Source: the human T2T-CHM13v2.0 reference genome, Homo sapiens. Taken from it: a DNA stretch of 64,000 nucleotides. Location of the stretch: the NCBI RefSeq assembly GCF_009914755.1, contig NC_060936.1, one strand, 5' to 3'. The notes beneath the pieces were generated by a model. That model did no database searches. It was not told the origin of the DNA and saw only the letters and a program-made list of their open reading frames with translations. How positions within the stretch are numbered: position 1 is the first letter of the stretch; every line of letters starts with the position of its first letter. This document shows, piece after piece, positions 48,836 through 64,000 of the stretch. A program made the position numbers and the translations under genes.

Positions 48836-50468
48836 ATTAAAATCATATTAAGTATCTTAGACCACAGTGGAGTAAAACTAAGAACCAATAATAAGAAGAA
48901 CTTTGGAAACTGTACAAAATACATGGAAATTAAACAACATGCTCCTGCATGACCACTGGTCAAGGAAGAAATTAAGGAGGAAAGAAAAAATTTATTTAAA
49001 CATGTGAAAATCAAAATACAACATACCAAGACCTGTGGGATATAGCCAAAGCAGTGCTAAGAGGAAAGTTTATAGCAATAAATGCTTTCATCAGAAAAGT
49101 AGAAAGATTTCAAATAGATAATCTAATGCACCTCAAGGAACTAGAAAATCGAGAAGAAACAAAATCCCAATTTAGTAGAAGGAAAGAAATAATAAAGATC
49201 AGATAAGAAATAAACAAAACAGAGACTAAAATCAAATAAGAGTCAACAAAATGAAAAATTGTTTGAAAAGATAAACAAAATTGATAAACTGCTAGCTAGA
49301 CTAACCAAACAAAAAGAGATAAGACCCAAATAAAATCAGAAATGAAAAAGGAGTCATTTCAACTGATACCAAAGAAATATAAATGATCATTAGATAATAT
49401 TATGAACAACTACACTAACAAACTGGAAAACCAAGAGGAAATTGATAAATTCCTGAACACATATAACCTACCAAGATTAACTGAGGAAGAAATAGAAAAT
49501 CTGAACAGACCAATAATGTGTAATGGGATTGAATCAGTAATCAAAAGTCTCCCAACAAAGAAAAGTCCTGGACAGGAAGGATTTACTGCTGAATTCTACC
49601 AAACTTTCAAAAAAGAACTAACACTAATTTTCCTCAAACTGTTCCAAAAAATTGAAGAGGAGGGAATTCTCCCTAACTCATTCTATGAGGTGAGCATTTA
49701 CCCTTATACCAAAACCAGACAAAGACTCAACAACAACAACAACAAAAAAAAAAAAAAAAAAGGGAAAACTACAGGCCAATATCCCTGATGAACAGAGACC
49801 ACACAACCCTCAACAGAATACTAACAAATTGAAACCAACAGCACATCAAAAATATAGTATATCATGATCAAGTGGGAGTTATCCTAGAGATGCATGAATG
49901 GTTCAATATACAGAAATAAACAAACATGATACATCACATCAACAGATGAAGGACAAAAATCATATGATAATCTCAGTAGATGCAGAAAAAGCATTTGATA
50001 AAATTAACCCTTTATGACAAAAATGCTCAAAAAACTAGACATACAAGGAACATACCTCAACATACTAAAGGCCATATGTGACAAACCCACAGCTAATATT
50101 TTATGGAATGGAGAAAAGCTGATAGCCTTTCCTCTAAGAACAGGAATAACTTTTACCACTCCTATTCAACATAGTCTAGAAGTCCTACCCAGAGCAATCA
50201 AGCAAGAGGAAGAAATAACAGGCATCTAAACTGGAAAAGAGGAAGTCAAATTGTCCTTCTTTGCCCTCTTTGCACATGATATGATCTTATATATAGAAAA
50301 ACCTTAAGACTCTCCCAAAAAACTCTTAGATTCAATACATTTGGTGAAATTGTAGAATACAAAATCAACAAACAAAAATGAGTAGCATTTCTATATACTA
50401 ATAATGAACTAGCTGAGAAACAAATCAAGAAGGCAATCCCATTTACAATAGCTACAAAAATACATGGA
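48836..50468 (+). mobile_element. Older L1 (L1PB/L1MA) ORF2 mid-fragment
   Basis: [20 protein letters not shown]; ends abruptly at the L1PA 5' end. Confidence 0.9.
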
Positions 50469-52546
50469 AATGGCGGTTCCAAGATGGCCAAATAGGAAGA
50501 GCTCCAGTCTACAGCTCCCAGTGTGAGAGACGCAGAAGACGGGTGATTTCTGCATTTCCAACTGAGGTACCGGGCTTGTCTCACTGGGGCTTGTCAGACA
50601 GTGGGTGAAGGACAGTGGGTGCAGCCCACTGAGCATGAGCTGAAGCAGGGTGAGGCATCGCCTCACCCGGGAAGTGCAAGGGGTCAGGGAATTCCCTTTC
50701 CTAGCCAAGGGAAGCTGTGACAGATGGCACCTGGAAAATTGGGTCACTCCCACCCTAATACTGTGCTTTTCCAATAGTCTTAGCAAATGGCACACCAGGA
50801 GATTATATCCCATGCCTGGCTCAGAAGGTCCCACGCCCACAGAGCCTCACTCATTGCTAGCATAGCTGTCTGAGATAGAACTGCAAGGTGGCAGAGAGGC
50901 TGGGGGAGGGGCTCCCGCCATTGCTGAGGCTTGAGTAGGTAAACAAAGCTGCCAGGAACCTCGAACTGGGTTCAGCCCACTGCAGCTCAAGGAGGCCTGC
51001 CTGCCTCTGTAGACTCCACCTCTGGGGGCAGAGCATAGCCAAACAAAAGGCAGCAGAAACCTCTGCAGACTTAAACGTCCCTGTCTGACAGCTTTGCAGA
51101 GAGTAGTAGTTCTCCCAGCATGGAGTTTGAGATCTGAGAATGGTCAGACTGCCTCCTCAAGTGGGTCCTTGACCCCCAAGTAGCCTAACTGGGAGAAACT
51201 CCCCAGTAGGGGCAGACTGACACCTCACATGGCTGGGTACCCCTTTGAGATGAAGCTTCCAGAGGAACGATCAGGCAGCAACATTTGCTGTTCAGCAATA
51301 TTCACTGTTCTACAGCCTCCACTGCTGATACCCAGGCAAACAGGGTCTGGAGTAGACCTCCAGCAAACTCCAACAGACCTGCAGCTGAGGGTCCTGACTG
51401 TTAGAAGGAAAACTAATAAACAGAAAGGACATCCACATCAAAACCCCATCTGTATGTCATCATCATCAAAGACCAAAGGTAGATAAAACCACAAAGATGG
51501 GGAAAAAACAGGGCATAAAAGCTGAAAATTCTACAAATCAGAGTGCCTCTCCCCCTCCAAAGGAATGCAGCTCCTCACCAGCAATGGAACAAAGCTGGAC
51601 AGAGAATGACTTTGATGAGTTGACAGAAGAAGGCTTCAGACAATCAAACTTCTCTGAGCTAAAGGAGGAGGTTCGAACCCATCACAAAGAAGCTAAAAAC
51701 CTTGAAAAAAGATTAGATGAATGGCTAATTAGAATAACCAGTGTAGAGAAGTCCTTAAATGACCTGATGGAGCTGAAAACCATGGCAAGAGAACTATGTG
51801 ATGAATGCACAAGCTTCAGTAGCTGATTCGATCAACCGGAAGAAAGGATATCAGTGATTGAAGATCAAATGAATGAAATGAAGCATGAAGAGAAGTTTAG
51901 AGAACAAAGAGTAAAAAGAAATGAACAAAGCCACTAAGAAATATGGGACTATGAGAAAAGACCAAACCTACATCTGACTGGTGTACCTGAAAGTGATGGG
52001 GAGAATGGAACCAAGTTGGAAAACACTCTGCAGGATATTATCCAGGAGAACTTCCCCAACCTAGCAAGGCAGGCCAACATTCAGATTCAGGAAATACAGA
52101 GAACGCCACAAAGACACTCCTCGAGAAGAGCAAATCCAAGACACATAATTGTCAGATTCACCAAAGTTGAAATGAAGGAAAAGATGTTAAGGGCAGCCAG
52201 AGAGAAAGGTCGGGTTACCCACAAAGGGAAGCCCATCAGACTAACAGCGGATCTTTCGGCAGAAACTCTACAAGCCAGAAGACTGTGGGGGCCAATATTC
52301 AACATTCTTTTATTTATTTATTTATTTATTTATTTATTATTATTATACTTTAAGTTTTAGGGTACATGTGCACAATGTGCAGGTTAGTTACATATGTATA
52401 CATGTGCCATGCTGGTGTGCTGCACCCACTAACTCGTCATCTAGCATTAGGTATATCTCCCAATGCTATCCCTCCCCCCTCCCCCCACCCAACAACAGTC
52501 CCCAGAGTGTGATGTTCCCCTTCCTGTGTCCATGTGTTCTCATTGT

Positions 52547-56371
<3,825 letters not shown>

Positions 56372-56434
56372 TATGATGTTAGCTGGTGATTTTGCTCGTT
56401 AGTTGATGCAGTTTCTTCCTAGTCTCGATGGTCT

Positions 56435-57451
56435 TTACATTTTGGCATGATTTTGCAGCGGCTGGTACCGGTTGTTCCTTTCCATGTTTAGCACTTCCTT
56501 CAGGAGCTCTTTTAGGGCAGGTCTGGTGGTGATGAAATCTCTCAGCATTTGCTTGTCTGTAAAGGATTTTATTCCTCCTTCACTGATGAAGCTTAGTTTG
56601 GCTGGATTTGAAATTCTGGGTTGAATATTCTTTTCTTCGAGAATGTTGAATATTGGCCCCCACTCTCTTCTGGCTTGTAGAGTTTCTGCCAAAAGATCCG
56701 CTGTTAGTCTGATGGGCTTCCCTTTGAGGGTAACCCGACCTTTCTCTCTGGCTGCCCTTAACATTTTTTCCTTCATTTCAACTTTGGTGAATCTGACAAT
56801 TATGTGTCTTGGAGTTGCTCTTCTCAAGGAGTATCTTTGTGGCATTCTCTGTATTTCCTGAATCTGAACGTTGGCCTGCCTTGCTAGATTGGGGAAGTTC
56901 TCCTGGATAATATCCTGCAGAGTGTTTTCCAACTTGGTTCCATTCTCCCCGTCACTTTCAGGTACACCAATCAGATGTAGATTTGGTCTTTTCACATAGT
57001 CCCATATTTCTTGGAGGCTTTGCTTGTTTCTTTTTATTCTTTTTTCCCTAAACTTCCCTTCTTGCTTCATTTCATTCATTTCATCTTCCATCACTGATAC
57101 CCTTTCTTCCAGTTGATCACACCAGCTCCTGAGGCTTCTGCATTCTTCATGTAGTTCTTGAGCCTTGGTTTTCAGCTCCCTCAACTCCTTTAAGCACTTC
57201 TCTGTATTGGTTATTCTAGTTATACATTTTTCTAAATTTTTTTCAAAGTTTTCAACTTCTTTGCCTTTGGTTTGAATGTCCTCCTGTAGCTCGGAGTAAT
57301 TTGATCGTCTGAAGCCTTCTTCTCTCAGCTCGTCAAAGTCATTCTCCGTCCAGCTTTGTTCTGTTGCTGGTGAGGAACTGTGTTCCTTTGGAGGAGGAGA
57401 GGTGCTCTGCTTTTTAGAGTTTCCAGTTTTTCTGCTCTGTTTTTTCCCTAT
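56435..57451 (-). pseudogene. L1 ORF1, 338 codons without stop, start codon ATG>ATA
   Basis: Translated by hand from 57451 (ATA GGG AAA AAA CAG...) in frame into the 249-aa track ORF. Confidence 0.88.
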
Positions 57452-57906
57452 CTTTGTGGTTTTATCTACTTTTGGTCTTTGATGATGGTGATGTACAGAT
57501 GGGTTTTTGGTGTGGATGTCCTTTCTGTTTGTTAGTTTTCCTTCTAACAGACAGGACCCTCAGCTGCAGATCTGTTGGAGTACTGGGCCCTGTGAGGTGT
57601 CAGTCTGCCCCTGCTGTGGGGTGCCTCCCAGTTAGGCTGCTTGGGGGTCAGGGGTCAGGGACCCACGTGAGGAGGCAGTCTGTCCATTCTGAGATCTCCA
57701 GCTGCGTGCTGGGAGAACCACTGCTCTCTTCAAAGCTGTCAGACAGGGACATTTAAGTCTGCAGAGGTTAATGCTGTCTTTTTGTTTGTCTGTGCCCTGC
57801 CCCCAGACGTGGAGCCTACAGAGGCAGGCAGGCCTCCTTGAGCTGTGGTGGGCTCCACCCAGTTCGCGCTTCCAGGCTGCTTTGTTTACCTAAGCAAGCC
57901 TGGGCA

Positions 57907-58215
57907 ATGGTGGGCGCCCCTCCCCCAGCCTCGCTGCCGCCTTGCAGTTTGATCTCAGACTGCTGTGCTAGCAATCAGCGAGACTCTGTGGGCGTAGGAC
58001 CCTGCGAGCCAGGTGCCGGATGTAATCTCGTGGTGTGCTGTTTTTTAAGCCCGTCGGAAAAGCACAGTATTTGGGTGGGAGTGACCCGATTTTCCAGGTG
58101 CTGCCTGTCACCCCTTTCTTTGACTAGGAAAGGGAACTCCCTGACCCCTTGCACTTCCCGAGTGAGGCAATGCCTTGCCCTGCTTTGGCTCGCGCAAGGT
58201 GTGCGCACCCACTGA
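57907..58215 (+). CDS. L1 ORF0 homologue (102 aa, C-terminally extended)
   Basis: MVGAPPPASLPPCSLISDCCASNQRDSVGVG..., Kozak context gcaATGG, in the antisense-promoter region; expression unknown. Confidence 0.5.
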   Translation: MVGAPPPASLPPCSLISDCCASNQRDSVGVGPCEPGAGCNLVVCCFLSPSEKHSIWVGVTRFSRCCLSPLSLTRKGNSLTPCTSRVRQCLALLWLAQGVRTH

Positions 58216-59206
58216 CCTGCGCCTACTGTCTGGCACTCCCTAGTGAGATGAACCCGGTATCTCAGATGGAAATGCAGAAATCACCCGTCTTCTGCGTCGC
58301 TCACACTGGGAGCTGTAGACCGGAGCTGTTCCTATTTGGCCATCTTGGATCCTCCCCCCTTTAACAGTCTTAAAGAAAAGAATTTTCAATCCAGAATTTC
58401 ATATCCAGCCAAACTAAGCTTCATAAGTGAAGGAGAAGTAAAATCCTTTACAGACAAGCAAATACTGAGAGATTTTGTCACCACCAGGCCTGACCTACAA
58501 GAGCTCCTGAAGGAAGCACTAAACATGGAAAGGAACAACCGGTACCAGCCACTGCAAAAACATGCCAAATTGTAAAGACCATCAATGCTAGGAAGAAACT
58601 GCATCAATGAACGAGCAAAGTAACCAGCTAACATCATAATGACAGGATCAAATTCACGCATAACAATATTAACCTTAAATGTAAATGGGCCAAGTGCTCC
58701 AATTAAAGGACACAGGCTGCCAAATTGGATAAAGAGTCAAGACCCATCAGTGTGCTCTATTCAGGAGACCCATCTAACGTGCAGAGACACACATAGGCTC
58801 AAAATAAAGGGATGGAGGAAGATCTACCAAGCAAATGGAAAATAAAAAAAGGCAGGGGTTGCAATCCTAGTCTTGGATAAAACAGACTTTAAACCAACAA
58901 AGATCAAAAGAGACAAAGAAGGCCATTACATAATGGTAAAGGGATCAATTCAACAAGAAGAGCTAACTATCCTAAATATATATGCATCTAATACAGGAGC
59001 ACCCAGATTCATAAAGCAAGTCCTTAGAGACCTACAAAGAGACTTAGACTCCTACATAATAATAATGGGAGACTTTAACACCCCACTGTCAACATTAGAC
59101 AGATCCACGAGACAGAAAGTTAGCAAGGATATCCAGGAATTGAACTCACCTCTGCACCAAGCGGACCTAATAGACATCTACTGAACTCTCCACCCTCAAT
59201 CAATAG

Positions 59207-60823
<1,617 letters not shown>

Positions 60824-60928
60824 TGAGGATACAAAATCAATGTGTAAAAATCACAAGCATTCTTATACACCAATAACAGATAAACAGAGAGCCAAATCAT
60901 GAGTGAATTCCCATTCACAATTGCTTGA

Positions 60929-61330
<402 letters not shown>

Positions 61331-61333
61331 TAA

Positions 61334-61669
<336 letters not shown>

Positions 61670-61672
61670 TGA

Positions 61673-61915
<243 letters not shown>

Positions 61916-63102
61916 TAAAAATGCTCATCATCACTGGCCATCAGAGAAATGCAAATCAAAACCACAATGAGATACCATCTCACACCAGTTAGAATGGCAA
62001 TCATTAAAAAGTCAGGAAACAACAGGTGCTGGAGAGGATGTGGAGAAATAGGAACACTTTTACACTGTTAGTGGGACTGTAAAGTAGTCCAACCATTGTG
62101 GAAGACAGTGTGGTGATTCCTCAAGGATCTAGAACTAGAAATACCATTTGACCCAGCCATCCCATTACTGGGTATGTACCCAAAGGATTATAAATCATGC
62201 TGCTATAAGGACACACGGACACGTATGTTCATTGCGGCACTATTCACAATAGTAAAGACTTGGAACCAACCCAAATGTCCATCAATGATAGACTGGATTA
62301 AGAAAATGTGGCACATATACACCATGGAATAGTATGCAGCTATAAAACAGGATGAGTTCATGTCCTTTGTAGGGACATGGATGAAGCTGGAAACCTTCAT
62401 TCTTGGCAAAGTATCGCAAGGACAAAAACCCAAACACGCGTGTTCTCACTCATAGGTGGGAATTGAACAATGAGAACACTTGGACACAGAAGGGGAACAT
62501 CACACACCGGGGCCTGTTGTGGGGTGGGGGTGGGGGGAGGGATAGCATTAGGGGATATACCTAATGTAAATGATGAGTTAATGGGTGCAGCACACCAACA
62601 TGGCACATGTATGCATATGTAACAAAGCTGCATGTTGTGCACATGTACCCTAGAGCTTAAAATATAATAAAAAAAAAAAGAAGAAGAAGGAAGTCCTGCA
62701 AAGGGCCCAAATTTCCCTTCAGAATCTCCACCACGGTACTCATCTATATTTTCAGTCCTTAATTAAATCTGGTTTCTGCTGTGCTTTTCATTCACCATTT
62801 AGTAAAAATGAAAACCTTTCTTAATAAATTTCAGAGATGGGAGATTAAATTACTTACATAAATGCTAATATGGCAATGGAATTTTTTACTAAATTTTTTC
62901 TTGTAAATACGTGATATGGCATCAATATAAATGAGTATGAATGAGTTTATTGGGCTAACCTGGGTACCTATCTGCATTTATAATACCATTTTTATGAGCA
63001 AATGCATTGTATCTTCCAGCAAACAGACTTGCAAGCTGATTTCTGGAAATCTAGTTTTCGAAAGTTGAACACTGTGTAATTCAATAAAAATATTCTAATG
63101 AG

Positions 63103-63500
<398 letters not shown>

Positions 63501-64000
63501 CTACAGCAAAATAGCTAAGTGAGGTTAAAGTAGAAGTTAGCTGGTCATTCCGGCATAAGTGAAAATGTAGAACTTAGAGTGTACCTTTGCTTAAAGTCAG
63601 TTTTCTTTCAGGAATTCATTTTAATATTGTGATAGTAGAGACCATGCGAAAAAATATGAAAAAACTCAAACAAGAAAATAATCTTTAAAGAAAATTTGAG
63701 AACCTTCATTTCCAAACTTTTATAAGTAGTTTTTACCAAAGACATGCTCATTAAGCTTTGCCAGGCCACTGTCAGTAGTGGATACATGATTAAATCCACC
63801 ACATGGCATTTCTTACGCTACATGAGTTATGGGATGCAGAATGACAGAATTTATGCAACCTTATGAAACATGCCAGCACAATGTAGCACTTAAGCTAAGA
63901 TATTTTAATGACCCAATTTGTTCAGACTGCTTGAGGATAAAAAGTGATTTCACAGGATTTGCTACTATTAATCACAGCAGCTTCTAGTATTTAGTACATA

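Overview
Human genomic DNA (a consensus-like AluYa5 marks it as human), intronic or intergenic, roughly 70% transposon-derived. I recognise no host protein-coding gene; every long ORF in the track is an L1 ORF1/ORF2 remnant or Alu/LTR noise. Main elements: a full-length L1PA6-like LINE (15.8-21.9 kb, -); an old L1PA15/16-like LINE (30.3-42.3 kb, -) carrying a complete THE1D provirus and three young L1 3' fragments; an L1MA/L1PB cluster (45.8-50.5 kb); and a full-length L1PA2/3 inserted antisense into ORF1 of a full-length L1PA5-like LINE (50.5-62.7 kb). Most unusual observations: (1) a 2.5-kb TSD-flanked, polyadenylated chimeric retrocopy (L1PB 5'UTR + partial ORF1 + non-L1, MIR-containing tail) inside the THE1D internal region; (2) an unexplained ~170-bp inverted duplication with an AP-1 site in each arm; (3) a chain of phase-compatible candidate exons in unique DNA at 42.5-45.5 kb; (4) the nested L1 pair, which spans the ZNF93 escape deletion, with an open ORF0 and a stop-free ORF1 lacking only its ATG. 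Subfamily calls come from remembered consensus diagnostics and were not run through RepeatMasker; boundaries of old repeats are approximate.
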